A DNA stretch of 63,794 bases, filler included, from Asterionella formosa (Eukaryota): assembly GCA_002256025.1 (NCBI GenBank). It is 8 parts of 8 records of this genome, joined end to end, with 100 filler letters (N's around TTAATTAATTAA, not from the genome) between each part and the next. Parts side by side here need not be neighbours in the genome. Positions count along the whole stretch, not along the records: positions 1 to 19,091 come from NKIB01003835.1; 7 more parts are not named here. The stretch is one strand, 5' to 3'. A model generated the notes under the pieces. That model saw only the letters and a list, made by a program, of their open reading frames with translations. It was not told the origin of the DNA and did no database searches. A program made the position numbers and the translations under genes. Positions 1 through 13,199 of this stretch are shown here, in pieces; positions within the stretch are counted from its first letter, which is position 1, and each line of letters starts with the position of its first letter.

Positions 1-1514
1 TTTGAGGAATGAGTCTTCATTGCAGATAGAATAATAGGGATACCTCCTTCTTCAGCAATGGTCACCTTGTTGTTGTTATATACAGCCAAGCTCTTAAGTG
101 CTGCACAACCATTTTCTTGCACAGTAGCATTTGAGAAATTAGTCTTCATTGCAGACAGAATCATAGGGATGCCACCTCCTTCAGCAATTGTCACCTTGTT
201 GTTGACATCATTCACAGCCAAGTTGTTCAGTGCTGCACAACCATAGTGTTGCACATTTGCATCGGCTGAATGAGTCTTCATCGCAGAAAGAATCATAGTA
301 ATACCTCCTGCTGCAGCAATCATCACCTTATTGGTATCATTCATAGCCAAGTTATTCAGTGCTGCACATCCATAGTGTTGCAAATTAGCATCGGCTGAAT
401 CAGTCTTCATTGCAGAAAGTATCATAGTAATACCTCCTGCCGCAGCAATCATCACCTTATTGTTGTCATTCATAGCCAAGTTATCCAGTGCTGCACAACC
501 ATAGTGTTGCATATTAGCATTTGAGGAATGATTCTTTATCAAAGACAGAATCGTTGTGATACCTCCTGCTTCAGCAATTGTCACCTTTATGTTTTCATTC
601 ACTGCCAATTTCAAAAGTGCAGCACAACCAAAGTGTTGCACATCAGCATTGGAGGGAAAATTTTTCATCGCAGACAGAATCAAAGTGATACCTCCTGCTT
701 TAGCAATCGTGACCTTGTTGTTTTCATCAACAGCCAAGTTATTAAGTGCTCCACAACCAAAGTGTTGCACATTAGCGTTGGACCAATGAGTCTTCATTGC
801 AGACAAAATCGTAGTGATACCTCCTGTTTCAGCAATCGTTACCTTGTTGTTGTTATTATTATTGGCCAAGTTCAAAAGTGCTCCACAACCATAGTATTGA
901 ACATTAGAATTAGATGAATGAGCATTCATTGCAGACAGAATCATAGGGATACCTCCTGCTTCAGCAATCGTCATCCTGTTGTTGTCATTCATAGCCAAGT
1001 TATTGAGTGCTGCACAACCATGGTATTGCACATAAGTATCGAAGAAATGATTCTCCATCGCAGACAGAATTGTAGTAATACCTCTTTCTTCAAAAATCGT
1101 CACCTCGTTGTTGTCATGATTATAAGCCAACTCCCGAAGTGCTGAACGACTTTCTTTGTCGATGTTAGCATTCTGCTCATTCATTTGTTCATTCTCTGAA
1201 AGAAATGCAGCAATCGGAGATTTAATTGAAGTGGTGGAAATTTGGGTTGAATGCTGAGATTGCGTTTCTTGCCATTGAGGCTGTTGAGGCATTGGAGTCG
1301 TTGGAGCAGTAGGCCCTTGGGTATTCCTACGTTCATGATGGCATTCAGGGCAGCCGTCTCGCAAAGTCTTCCAACCTCCAAATCTCTTCTTTTTGCGAAG
1401 CTGAATGTCTGCGTGATTAGGACAGAATCCATTCCTTATGAGCTCAACTTGCACGTCATGCTCGCTCGTAATTGAAGCATCATGGGTAGGGGCGCATGAA
1501 ACTGCAGATGACAT
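1..1514 (-). CDS. Armadillo-repeat protein with N-terminal CxxH...CxxC motif, paralog A (3' end runs off window)
   Basis: ATG at 1514 (MSSAVSCAPTHDAS...). Frame checked at several points (929, 20) and stays in register to position 1. At least 9 ~42-aa ARM repeats (VTIAEAGGITTILSAMKTH...VQHYGCAALNNLA). Highly similar to 16751-18415. Absent from the ORF track because the stop lies outside the window. Confidence 0.85.
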   Translation of the reverse strand, partial: MSSAVSCAPTHDASITSEHDVQVELIRNGFCPNHADIQLRKKKRFGGWKTLRDGCPECHHERRNTQGPTAPTTPMPQQPQWQETQSQHSTQISTTSIKSPIAAFLSENEQMNEQNANIDKESRSALRELAYNHDNNEVTIFEERGITTILSAMENHFFDTYVQYHGCAALNNLAMNDNNRMTIAEAGGIPMILSAMNAHSSNSNVQYYGCGALLNLANNNNNNKVTIAETGGITTILSAMKTHWSNANVQHFGCGALNNLAVDENNKVTIAKAGGITLILSAMKNFPSNADVQHFGCAALLKLAVNENIKVTIAEAGGITTILSLIKNHSSNANMQHYGCAALDNLAMNDNNKVMIAAAGGITMILSAMKTDSADANLQHYGCAALNNLAMNDTNKVMIAAAGGITMILSAMKTHSADANVQHYGCAALNNLAVNDVNNKVTIAEGGGIPMILSAMKTNFSNATVQENGCAALKSLAVYNNNKVTIAEEGGIPIILSAMKTHSS

Positions 1515-2244
1515 GTTTGATTTGTTCTCGTTCATTGCTTTGGCTGTTTGTGATCGCACGTGTGATGAAACGCCTTTTTCTTGCTTTGCTGTTGTTGGTT
1601 TTGTAATTCTTGACTTCTTTAGTGCTGCTGCTGCAATAGTTTCTCTACCGGTATCACCTGTCAATGAATTCTACATTCAAGCTCCAAATTCATTCAGTCA
1701 TCGCTCGTGCCGGAACTTTTGTCCACCATATATAAATATGTATTTATGCATTCTTATACCAGTAACAATGTCGAGATTAGCAGAGGAATATATTGCAGCA
1801 ATTCCCGCTCCAGCTATCGTCTTGCCAGTCGGGTACTTCTAAGTAATTTTTAGGCTCAAAGTATTTTCTTAAGTAATTTTTATTAGGGGGCAATATGGGT
1901 CAGATCGAATTTTTTGGCATTAAAATTGCCGAGTTTTAGCATGACAACAACAAGCGTAAAACACACGAGAATGATTGTAACAACATGCAACATCAAGGAA
2001 AATTGAACATGATGTTTGGAGCAACCAAAGTATGAAATGCGATGAAATAAGTTGCATCAAATAAGAAATAGAAAAATTGTTTTGGGTTAGAAATGAAGTA
2101 AAAAATAGGAGTTTCAATGGAGACACATGCATTGTGAATCATTGTTGTAGTACTTACACAGGCAACATTGCTTGACTTTCCATCACCACACAATCGAAGA
2201 CCCAAAGTAGAAGAAAAAATGCTGAACCCAATTTAGACCTGCAT

Positions 2245-3416
2245 CGTAAGTGATCGAAGCTGTGCTGCTATGATCAATGCAAAGCTAACTGATGAGTTTC
2301 AAGGACTTCTTCTTTGGGCAGAATGTACCAACACAATGACTCGAGTGACAAATGTGGTTTCGAATTCAAGAAATATCAAGTGTCCTGATTGGCTATGGTA
2401 TGGGAAACAACCTACAATCTATGAACGCTTGATCCAATTTGGATGAATTGGATATGTCACCATAAGCACTCCTGTGAATAAGCTTGATGATAAAGCAATT
2501 AATTGTGTCATGATTGGATACTCTGAAAACCACTCAGGTGATACCTACCGACTCTTTAACCCTATAACCAAGAAGGTGATTCAGAGCTGTGATGTAAAAT
2601 GGATAGAATGGCATGGAGAAACAAAACCTACCGATGATCTGACCATGTTCAAGACTGGGATTGATGAAGTTGAGTTTGAGGAGGAACTTGACCAACCTGT
2701 TGCATCTACTCCGACTGTCATCCCAGATGATGAGACTGGATCACTTTCGACTCTTAATGACTTGCAGGTCTCTGAAGCAGGGAAGAATTAAGCTTCAAAT
2801 ACTTCAAAACCTGCTATTACAAGAGCTGAAAGAGAGCTCAAGAAAATTGGTCATGAAACTGCTCCAACGATGTCTACACTACGTTCTGGAAGATTGCATA
2901 GTCTACTATTGTAGATGATGATGATGATCATCTGGATTCTAAGCCTACTTCATCCGTGGAGGTTCATTACATCTACAGCTCTACACTTGCATCAGATCCA
3001 GGTGAACCCAAGACCTACAGTGCGGCACTGAAAGCAGATGACAGAGAAAAATAGAATCCAGCAATCAAATGTGAAAAAAATAACTTTATCAAACGAAGAT
3101 GGTGTCGATTTTACCGACTCATTTGCACCTGTGGCTACAGATACAAGTATCAGAGTTGTCTTTGCAATCACCAGGCACAAGAAAACATGGACTTTGAAGG
3201 TCATTGATGTTGAAGCATCCTTTCTTGAAGGAGATTTAGAGGAAGACATCTAAAGGCGTTGTTGAGTTTGGTTTTGAAGACAACAAGGTTGTCTCAGAAA
3301 ATTGTGTTCTTCTAAGTAAAGCCAGCCATGTATGGAACGGTACAGGCTGCACAACAGTGGTACAAGAAACTTGTGGAGTGTCTGATTCTCATTGGAATGA
3401 AACAGAGCAAAGTGGA
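2245..3416 (+). pseudogene. Copia pol remnant: integrase C-terminus and RT N-terminal half
   Basis: ORF fragments 2474-2791 and 3038-3253 with Copia motifs; several stops and frameshifts. Ends GMKQSKV at the insertion site. Confidence 0.85.
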
Positions 3417-3440
3417 CATCTACAAAAAAAACTATCATAT
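3417..3440. repeat. Left terminal inverted repeat of the CMC element
   Basis: Matches the reverse complement of 14340-14362 and of 48664-48686. Confidence 0.8.
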
Positions 3441-3479
3441 TTCCATGATGCATCATAGGATTGTGATCATCTGATCATA

Positions 3480-3960
3480 ATATTTCGTTATATCTTCAAA
3501 TAATTTTGATAAATGCCTTTGTAATTTAAATATTAACCCTTTTGTCTACATATATTTAATTATTTTATTTATTGTTTCTATTAGATTGCTGTATTTGAAT
3601 TTATTGGTAGAAAAATGTACCAGCTAAAGTAATGTAATTTGGCTCGTCATTTCTATCTGTCATCACTCCGATTTTTGTAACAACAACGAAATACTATCGA
3701 TGACAAGTGGAATGAATGTTTGCGATAACGTCTTCAATTTGTTGGTCAAGTGATCATTATATCTTCGAGTAATCGTCACGTGCAGTGAATCTTTGTTCAT
3801 AATCATTCAATTAAGAGTTTACAGGAGAGAAGAAACCATTCGAACTCGTAATGGTTCCGCACACAGCGCACAAGCAAAGTAAATCCGTTTCGTCGACTTC
3901 AGCATGACAATTTCGCCAATCAACCCGTAAACAAACACATTCTACTTGTTCTCGTTGACA
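3480..3960 (-). pseudogene. Decayed cargo ORF of unknown function near the left end of the CMC element
   Basis: DEPNYITLAGT here vs DEPNHITLTGT at ~45725-45760 in the related copy, with synonymous changes (GAC/GAT, AAT/AAC, TTA/CTA). Confidence 0.55.
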
Positions 3961-4129
3961 TTTTCAATTCTCACATGATACTACATCTCCTATTTAGATT
4001 CAGCATAGAAGGAGATACGAAAATGTGCGTAACAGACTACTGTCCACACAGCTATAGCTATAAAATGATTCTGATTAGAATATCATATTCATATCGCTTG
4101 CTCGTTTCTGCATTTGGTATAATGTACTT

Positions 4130-4560
4130 GAATTAACTATTGAACTTGTCCGCATCTTTGATACCATCAAGAGAGCGAAAGCAAGTGGCTCTTTTCATTG
4201 TTGTTTGCTTGTAGGAAGAATTTGATATCTGTATCGTCATTTGCTTGTTGGAATTTTCCGTTGCCTCAAATTGCTTGGCATGTGCGTGCACACACTGTCG
4301 ACTTGTTTTCATTGGTATGTTGTTCTTGTATTCACTGTTGAACTTGTCCGCATCTTTGTTAACATCAATAGAGCGACAAGTGGGTTTCTTCATTGTTATT
4401 TTCTCCTGGATAAGTTGGTGTCCGTGTCATCCTCTACAATAGAGAGACAAGTTCTTTCGTTGGAAAAATTGGTACTATGGTATCATTGGAACCACTGTCC
4501 GTTGCCTCAAACCTGATTAGCGTCTGAGTACCGGCATGTGCACTGTCGACTTTTGTACAT
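4130..4560. repeat. Degenerate ~200-bp tandem duplication inside the CMC element
   Basis: TTGAACTTGTCCGCATCTTTG at ~4140 and ~4338; CCGTTGCCTCAAA at ~4258 and ~4499. Confidence 0.7.
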
Positions 4561-5344
4561 TACAGGCGGAGTGACTTGTTAGCTACTAAATTGCGTGATA
4601 TAATAATATACCCCGTAGCACGATGCAGAATACAGTTGCTTCCCAATCATCTCATCATGATTGATAAGATGATATTGTGATATCATGATAGGGTTACATC
4701 GATGCTTACATCACCAAAGTGTGATACGTAATATTGAATAAAGTACATCACATAGCTATGATGCATTGATCATAGAACTGTGATGATTTCTTTAAATGTA
4801 TATGATATAATTTTGATCAAAATATGAATATGTTGAAATAGTACAATGACAATAAAATACGATAAAATATGTACGCAAGTGTTACCAATACATCACAGAA
4901 AATAAATAAATCATAATTACGTTACTTAATAAAGAAATTCGCTTTTTAATGTATACAGTAAAAGCCAACGCTTAATATGATAGTATTATACAGTGGATAG
5001 GATCTAAGTATACGGATGCGTTGATATGTACATCACTATAACATGATTTGTGATATGGATTGATGCATATCACATACCGGTATCCTCAACAACCAGCCAT
5101 CACGTTCATTGTCGTGTCATCTTTCCTTGTTTTAGCTATATATATATGCCAGCATGTGTATTGTGTAAACACTACGCTGGCGGAAAATGCATATTACACT
5201 GTGCTCTGTTCAACAATTACTACACTCGGTTACCATCACATCAGTTTCACCTCCACAAGCGCCGCAATAAGATCCGCGAAAAGCTCCACGTCTCCCTTCC
5301 ACTGTTTTACATCATTGTCTTCTGGCCCTTTGACAACTTTCCAA

Positions 5345-7062
5345 ATGGCATTTAACGGATTTCATGGAAAGGATCAGTCAAAAAAGAAACGAGACTTACT
5401 TCCATTGTTTACACAACACGACTTTATGTTTTCGGAAAAGAAGAAAAAGTCTGAGCTAGATCAAGACCTCGAATTCAGGAAGATCAATGCAGACCGAGTT
5501 GCATGTGATGCTGGCTGAGGCAGTTGATGCTCTGATTGGGGAATGAAGTCAGAAACACAAAATTTAATCTTTTTCCAAATCATACATGGAAGAAAAAGAT
5601 TAGGATTTCTTTGTAAAATCATTGAAAACAAACCCGAAGGCAGCCAGCCACTTTTGTAAAGAGTCGGCATGTGAAATGTGTAGAGTTATTATGCCAAAGC
5701 AAACGGCATTTTCCTTGAGTTTGCCAAAAAAGCAAGGAAGACTAAAATTGTGGAAAGAGTTGTACACTCGTACTCCGCAAGATATATGCAATTACACATC
5801 TGTTTTTTATGGAGTCAAAGGTAGTATCATCAAAAAATCATCTTCAGTTTTTAAAGATCTTGCATATTGGCTGGGACCTTGAAACAATTACCTCTATGAT
5901 CCATTTTATAATTCATGAACTTCATCCAAGTGATGTAAAGGTTATATTTGATCTTGATGAGAACCCAGAAAAGGGTAATGACAAACCGTATATATATGAA
6001 GGTGATTGTCATCCACTTCATCACGAAAGTAACTATGTGCTGATTGTGTATTGCAAAAGATCAGCTGAGGAGGAAAACAATCATTTTGTGCATTATCTTT
6101 TTGCTAAAAATGATGGATTATGTCAAGTCCGTGACCCAGGAAAAGATGCAAGTGTGGATGAACATTATGATCAAGTATTTCACCTTGCCCATAAGTACTG
6201 CATCATCCCCGGATGCAGAAAAGAATTGTGATTGTTATGCACCAATACAGGATATCTTCCACAAGAATTCCTTATACCTGAAGAAATTGGGTTCTCGGAA
6301 TCTTTCTTTACTGGCACCAAAGCACCATTGCAGATCAGTATGGCCACTGAATATGCATGATTCCAGGTTATTTCAACCAGAAGATGACAGTGAATGGTCA
6401 TGTGGACCTCTTACAATTGTGAAAGTGTTGGAAACTCTATTGCAATTAGAAAGGAATGGCAAAAACGAATTTCTTGGCAAACGGGCACATTTCCGTTTGG
6501 AGACTGAGTCCTGGAAAGCTTTGAAACGTCGGGTGTCAGCAACAGATCGAACAGACGATTTCTTATCAATTACATCTGAAACACCAACCAAGTCAACATA
6601 CTTTCATCTTGGAACAGTTTGGCCTCAAGTGACAACGACAAATTCTCGTGAGGATATGTTTCAGTTGGAAATACAATAACTGTTCTTCAATTTTGTATCG
6701 ACAAAATTTTGACATCCTATTTAGATTTAAAAATGTTAAACGAAGTATTTGGACGAGTTCCTTGCAACTCTTCTTTCAAGAAGGATGAAGTTGTCTACGT
6801 AAAATCCATAATACAACAAAGTAATGACAAACTTGCTCCCTTCAAATAGTATAATCATGCACCTCTTGGCAAAATTTCTGGATGCATCAAAATTGACAAA
6901 ATGTTGAAAGAAAATTTTGTATCAGATGATAGCCCTTCTGGAATCAGCTTGAAGAATTTCGCAGACTCATATCGAACTGCAGTTGACAAGTGGAGAAGCA
7001 AAATTTCGGACGAAACGAGACTGACCATCTTTGGTTCTTTGGGAGCGAAAAAGAACAAATAA
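5345..7062 (+). pseudogene. Cargo gene with Ulp1/C48-type cysteine protease-like motifs (frameshifted)
   Basis: Overlapping ORF fragments 5060-5518, 5622-5882, 5809-6231 and 6044-6679. NHFVHYLF (candidate catalytic His) and FQPEDDSEWSCGPL (Q-x-D-x-SCG nucleophile motif). Converges with the transposase gene. Confidence 0.5.
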
Positions 7063-7069
7063 TGGACCA

Positions 7070-9949
7070 TTGGATAATCATTTGTTAGGAAATTGTAGTT
7101 TGTGAAAACCTCATAATAACCAATTGAGTATGCGAAACTATATTGTTACCATTATCATTTATATCATTCTTATAAATTTATCAACGTTCGCTTGTTAGTT
7201 TTTGGTCCCACCCGATTGATTCTCATAAATTACGTGGAGGCATGGCAACATAAAAATTATCTTTCCGTATCTGTTCCAAAACTTCTTGCGGTGGTGTATT
7301 TCAGAGATTTTCTTGATTCCTGTGGTTTCAAAGCAGGAACAACAAATGCTGCCGAAAATATTCCATTTTGGATGGCATCTGAAAATAGTAGTTTGGCCGG
7401 GAACATTACTTTCAATTTTAACATCATAATAAAAGTCAATCCTTACAATGGAAACAGGCCCAACCCCATCTTCAAGACTTTTGATTCTTGTTATTTCGTG
7501 CCAAGGCAAACTGCCTTGTTTCATATGACCTTGTTAAAATGTCATGCTTTAATCGATGTAATTGTCCGTTCACACGCTTACTGGGTCGTTTCAATTTTTC
7601 TTTCAAAAAACACTCCAAATATCAACCAAAGAAATTAAGAGGAGATCCGAACCAACTTCCAAATCAGATGAGGGTAATGTTTCATTCCATGAAATTTTGC
7701 CATTCGTAAGCCAATTTGAGATATCATTTCCCGTTGGGGACCAATCATAATCTTAGTAACTGACATAAATCTCTTCACCCTTTCCTCTAAAATATCAATA
7801 CATGTTGATGTATATTGTGGTATGAATAAAGTGTCATTGATAGATATACATAGCCATAACATCAATGTGAAATCCTAATCTAGGTGCATGGTCTCAGAAC
7901 CCATCATTCCACCCATTGAAAAAATAGTTAATAGACATAATCCGGGAATTTCTTGCCCTGACATTTTCGACAAAGCTTTCATCCCAGATCTGTATGACAA
8001 TTTTGGAATATCACGATCGCTTTGCCTTGCTTTCCAAATGACTATTGATTTGACATATCTAGCACTTTGTTCGAAGTATAGTTTCGAAAATACATTTCTG
8101 GTGCTGGTACAAGTGTTGGGTCTTGATTTTTGCCAGTGTAGATATTTTTGATAACTGGTGAATGTGTCCTTTTTGGTCTTTGCCCGTTTCTTCGGTTGAT
8201 CTTGATCAAGAAAAGCAGAGTCTGCTGTTTCAGTGTTACATTTATGATCTAGGATGTTTTCTGGAATATCTGGAGATTTTCTTTCTTTAAAAAAACATGT
8301 CCATTCTTCAGGGATAGTCCGATAATTGTACAAAGATTCCAAAATGTGCGAACTTAAATATTCCAAGTAGTAATTGATGAAGAACCTCAAATGGAGTTGC
8401 ACCGAATAATCCTTCTAAGTCACCACCAAAACAATGATTTATTAGTGCAGGCATAATAGGATTATGCGATATAACACGGCACCACTCGTTTGCTGTTGCG
8501 TATTTGCCATTAGATTGGGAGACACAATACTCAGGTGGGATACATGGCAATTTTCCATCGGGATATGCATTTTTGTCAAGAAACTTGTTTAAAAACATTT
8601 TAAGATCTGACACTTTACGACGTTCACATCCAATATCAGGATTTTCAGCATCCTTAGTTGAAACCAGGCAATCACGACAAACATATCGTCGATATAATCC
8701 ATACCACCCTTGAAGCCACAAATTTTATTGTGTTCTTCTGTATCACCAATGATCATTCCAATCTGGAAATAAACTTTTGTCATACCAAGACCATGAACCC
8801 AAATATCGTATGACTTGTTTGGATCTTCGAAAGGCGACAATAGAAATCCTGTAACAGAATGATATAAATTGAGTCTACATAAGGACAAGTTGTCACCAGA
8901 TAACTTATTATTCATTTGTTTTTCCAGATCACTGACTTCAATGTCTGGCAAAAGAGATACTAATTACCATCAATTAACTTTTATCTTCCTTCTAACGTTA
9001 AGTTTAACATTGTCAGCAAAAACGGATGCTCGGAATGTTTCATTTGTTTATCAATAGGTGAACCATCACTGAAAACTGCTAGGGCAACAAATAAACAGCC
9101 TGTCTTCAACACTCCATTTTCTGATGCAGGAGAATTGTTGAATGCATTTTCAAACCAAGTCACAGAAGTTAATTCGTCATATTTTCATGCGTTCTCCACA
9201 AGTTGTAAGTTTCACTTGTGGGTGACATACAAAATGTTGCATGATATCGGAATCACGTAGCAATCCTGCCATGAGCTGCACTGGTTCGAAATAATGGAGT
9301 GTGTGTGGTATGATCATGCATATTTGAATTGTTATCAATCTTTATTTGTTTGGTCAACAGTTGACCACAAGCTAATGTTGTTGGAAATGAAATATCCATG
9401 CGTTTTTTTAAAGTCTGGTAGGATGGAGCTTGATGATAGCTACCTTCCATCAAAATATTTCATTGCTTTTGCCTTGAACAGCCATTTCATTAGATGATCA
9501 ATGTAAACTGGTGGAAGATAATTCTCGTTGAGGAATAACATGAGTTCTTATTCAATTGGATGCATGTTCAGAGAATGTTTACTTGGAAGTTGAAATTGAG
9601 GAGGAAGGGGCATTTCCATTGCAATTTCAGGGAGAAAGCTGGTGCGATCTTGAAAATCTGAATATTGCATGTTTTCTGAATTCAACCCTTGGAGAGTTTT
9701 TAGTCTCAATTGTTCGTCCTGTTGTGACTGAATATTGTTATAAACTGAATCGTCGCTGTCGTCATGAAGTGGATGCTGATTGTGGTCACTTGATTCAAGG
9801 ATAGGACACAAAATCTCTTCTTGTCTAATCTCCCTAAATGCTGCAGCAGTTACACTGCCATCATTAACTTCTTTCCTTGAATGATTAGATGCACTACCGC
9901 AAAACATAGTTTCACTAGTATGTTTTCTAGGAACTTGATGTTCCTGCAT
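7070..9949 (-). pseudogene. Plavaka-like (CMC superfamily) DDE transposase, multiply frameshifted
   Basis: Ordered motifs: AVFSDGSPID...HPFLLTMLNL; YHSVTGFLL; IIGDTEEHNKICG...CRDC; FGGDLEGLFGATPFEVLHQLLLGIFK; RQSDRDIPK...MSGQEIPGL; KFHGMKHY; YLECFLKEKLKRP (catalytic E). Confidence 0.8.
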
Positions 9950-10096
9950 GCAATGTCGACAGTGACCATACTATGCATAAAATACACGGTTGCTACAATT
10001 TCGATTGTGAGACTCAGATGGGGATTTGTTCTTCCGAAATTTGTAGTTACACAGATAACACCATTGCAATGTGCCTAACAATCTCGGTCATGTAAC

Positions 10097-10339
10097 ATGT
10101 TTCAAACAGTACTGACAGCTGATGATTTATTCAAGTTAGAAGAAATTGTAGAAGAGGAAAAAATTACGATACAAAGTGAACTCAATGGGGAAGCCTATGA
10201 CAAGGCAGGCCCTCGCTGGAAAGTGCTAAAACAACTTGGTGTAATCAACAATGCTCGTGTAAAGCGGATGTTACAATCTATCCCAGAACAATTACAGAAA
10301 GTTATTTCAGATCGCAAAGACATTGCAAATTGCAAATGA
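10097..10339 (+). CDS. Hypothetical 80-aa helical protein inside the CMC element
   Basis: Intact ATG-TGA ORF with natural amphipathic composition, divergent from the transposase gene. No family recognised. Confidence 0.4.
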   Translation: MFQTVLTADDLFKLEEIVEEEKITIQSELNGEAYDKAGPRWKVLKQLGVINNARVKRMLQSIPEQLQKVISDRKDIANCK

Positions 10340-10761
10340 TGACCAAGTCAGGATATGAAAAGGATAAAATGAAAATGAATTAATATATAATAATACATTG
10401 AGCGCCACTTCGAACATGCTGCTGTGCTGGAAAATGCAGAGTCGTGAAATTATCACTCCACCATAGTAGTAAAAATGGAGGTATACCGCTACATGTAGTA
10501 CAGGCGGCACTAATAAAAATAGTAGTAGTATAGAGCAGAATCAATGTTTTCCTATCATCTATGATATGGCTTGCATTTTAGAAGTCTTATACTAACTATA
10601 ATCATTATGTAACTACTAAGTATGCATTGGATTCTATTAGATCCATTCAAAATCAACATTGTCATCAACATCCCGTTGATTAATGCGGTCATTATAATCA
10701 ATATTCTTTTCAGAAACATTTGGTTGAATTGATTCAACAAATTGATGCATATCCTCTTTAC

Positions 10762-11364
10762 TTACGTTGGGAAATGAGAAGTATGAGTGTGGGTAGATGA
10801 TATTTGTGGTGGGAGTAGCAATTCCACTAGGATTCCTGCCATATTCAGATCGATTCTTTTGTGAAAGTCCAGTATAGATTTCCTTCGTATAATAAACGAG
10901 TCAATCATCCATTGATCAGTAAAACCATTTGAAACTGAACTTTCATTCCTCACACTTATTTTAATAAGTGGTTTCCCACCAATGTCGACAAAATCGGTAG
11001 AATGACGAATTTCGTTCTCTGAAATTTCATGGGTATCTGGATTGAAACCCCATTTTTTTGGTTGTAATCGGAATTTTTCTTTCAGCACCAAGAAGCAAAA
11101 TGCTTCTGTACTGGCAGCATTGATCAGTGAACCAACAAAACGTGTTTGAAATTCACACTGTGCCCAAAGAATGAGTTGAAATTTGGTCACACCAGATTTG
11201 TCTCCTGTTAAAAATGGTTCTCCACGGCTTGTCCTGCCTATAAAATACACCGGAGGAAGAACATCACGCCAGACTTGGTATCCATGGCTTCCCCTGTCAA
11301 TGTCCTTTGACTGCGCAAAACGATAAAGCGTCAACGCCCACCTAATAAAGTCATCAATATCCAT
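10762..11364 (-). CDS. Hypothetical protein or exon (200 aa) inside the CMC element
   Basis: Long open frame in AT-rich DNA with globular composition. May be an exon of a larger gene together with 11474-12496. Confidence 0.5.
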   Translation of the reverse strand: MDIDDFIRWALTLYRFAQSKDIDRGSHGYQVWRDVLPPVYFIGRTSRGEPFLTGDKSGVTKFQLILWAQCEFQTRFVGSLINAASTEAFCFLVLKEKFRLQPKKWGFNPDTHEISENEIRHSTDFVDIGGKPLIKISVRNESSVSNGFTDQWMIDSFIIRRKSILDFHKRIDLNMAGILVELLLPPQISSTHTHTSHFPT

Positions 11365-11473
11365 AGTCTGGAAGTTAGCTATATTCTGTTAGACCAGCTG
11401 GTGTGTCATGAATTATGTTAGCATTATTAAATTGAAACATATTTGATAAGAATATAATCACCGACTCAAAACA

Positions 11474-12496
11474 TCATGCTTTCGGAGCATCTCCCTGCAA
11501 GAACTTACCTAAGATTTCTTTGAATTGATTATTCAATACATTCTGACATTCTCTCAACTCTTTAATGCACATGCCACCAAATGTTGATTTGATGTAATCT
11601 AAACATGCCTTGTTGGTACGTTCAATGATCTGATTCATTGGAAGTAGTGCATCAGAACCATTCCATATGAAATCGGCAAGCTCTGGGTCACTCTTCACTT
11701 CTTTGCCTAACTCCGGTTTCACTGTGTATAGCCGGGTTAGGCAACTTTGCTTGGGCAAACCAATCCTGTTTGTGATTGGAAATGCCTTTCAACTACTTGG
11801 ACCAGATAGGGCGGGATGTTTGATTTTCTTTTGGGACCAGAAAAAAGCACATTTGATTGATATTCTGTTTTACAGTACCTGCAATTCACAAACTAAAACA
11901 TCAAACTTACATGTTCGCAGCAAAACTTCTTGGTCTTGAATATAAAACTCACAACCTTTGTGACAATTGATGATTCAATTTTAGCTAAGCGAGAACGACG
12001 TTCTGATGAGGCTGCTGAATTTGAAGAGTCTTGATAACCTCGTATGGACAAGCGAGTTTTGAACCGAATTACGACCTTTGTAGTGATTGCGTTCATTGAC
12101 CAATTGATAATATCCTTTGGCAAGTACAAAATGTTTTTCCCTCAGGTTGTCATGTACTTGTTGGTCCGTGCGATTAGAAAATTTATGATATGGTACCATG
12201 TTGTCCATCTGCATCCGGGAGTTATTAATGGCATCATCGATAGGAGCCATTTTTCTTGTATCAACACCTGACGTAGAAATGCCATCATCGCTGTCAGTAT
12301 CAATTCCGGGATCCTTTGTACTAGTAGCTGATGGTGTCCCCATCGACGATGAGGTATTTCCCCCAACGTCTCCCAATCGCCGTTTGGATTGCTTTGGATA
12401 ATCGACTATTCGCTTTTTCTTTGTAAACTCATTTTGGAACTTGCTTCTTTGTTCAATACCGGCAGTATTTGCCACATGTCGCTTGTTTGCTTCCAT
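11474..12496 (-). pseudogene. Cargo gene (basic NLS-like + acidic/Ser-rich N-terminus, helical C-terminus), spliced or frameshifted
   Basis: ORF pieces 11981-12496 (KKKR...SKRR, DTDSDDG), 11893-12129 and 11474-11758 in different frames. Confidence 0.45.
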
Positions 12497-13199
12497 GAAC
12501 CTCTTTATGGTTTCTTGAAGACATTGTACTACTTGATAACTGTTGTCGTTGTACTCCGACTATTGGTTTTTAGTTTTACGATCATACGATCCTAAAACTA
12601 TGATGATTTACTGTCCCACTGCAGTAGCAACAGTCCTGAACATATGGTGCTCTGTTGCTAGTTTACTACTCCGAATACCCCCCGTATTTCACTTACTACC
12701 TGCTACTGGTACTCTGTATTTATAGAGCTCCCGCCCAAAAAAGGTGTTTAAACAATTTGCTACCAAAACCCTTGCGGTTATGACTTCTTACACCAATTGA
12801 ATGGCCTAAATAATTAGTTTCAACGGACTTAGAAAATATCGATGCAAACAAATTTCAGAAACAATACCGGTACACGTAGTTGTGGAAAACAATGGACATA
12901 TAGTGCATTGAGTATTTTCGAATTATGTATATGCGAGTATGATCATTTTAACCATATCAGATGTTCCATATCGAGAGCGCCTTTGAATTTTATAAAATGT
13001 ATTACGCTATATATATGTATATATTTACAAATTTTATTAGTATATTCATTGCAAATATATTTTTCAAATCGTTCTGTCATGTCAATAAACACTGCCTGCT
13101 GCGTCATGAAAAGATACATTGTAGTAAAGCACATGACAAGAAAAGAAAGTTTACGCAATATGTAACGAAAAACATTGTGACTTTGACACATTGCGCCTT

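Noticed and set aside
58..1842. Plus-strand ORFs in the track over the ARM gene (also at 17370-18088)
   Set aside because: Antisense shadows of the repetitive minus-strand CDS.
1884..2240. Possible MITE with degenerate inverted ends (GGGGCAATATGGGTCAG / CTGAACCCAATTTAGACC)
   Set aside because: The match is weak, there is no clear TSD and no second copy in the window.
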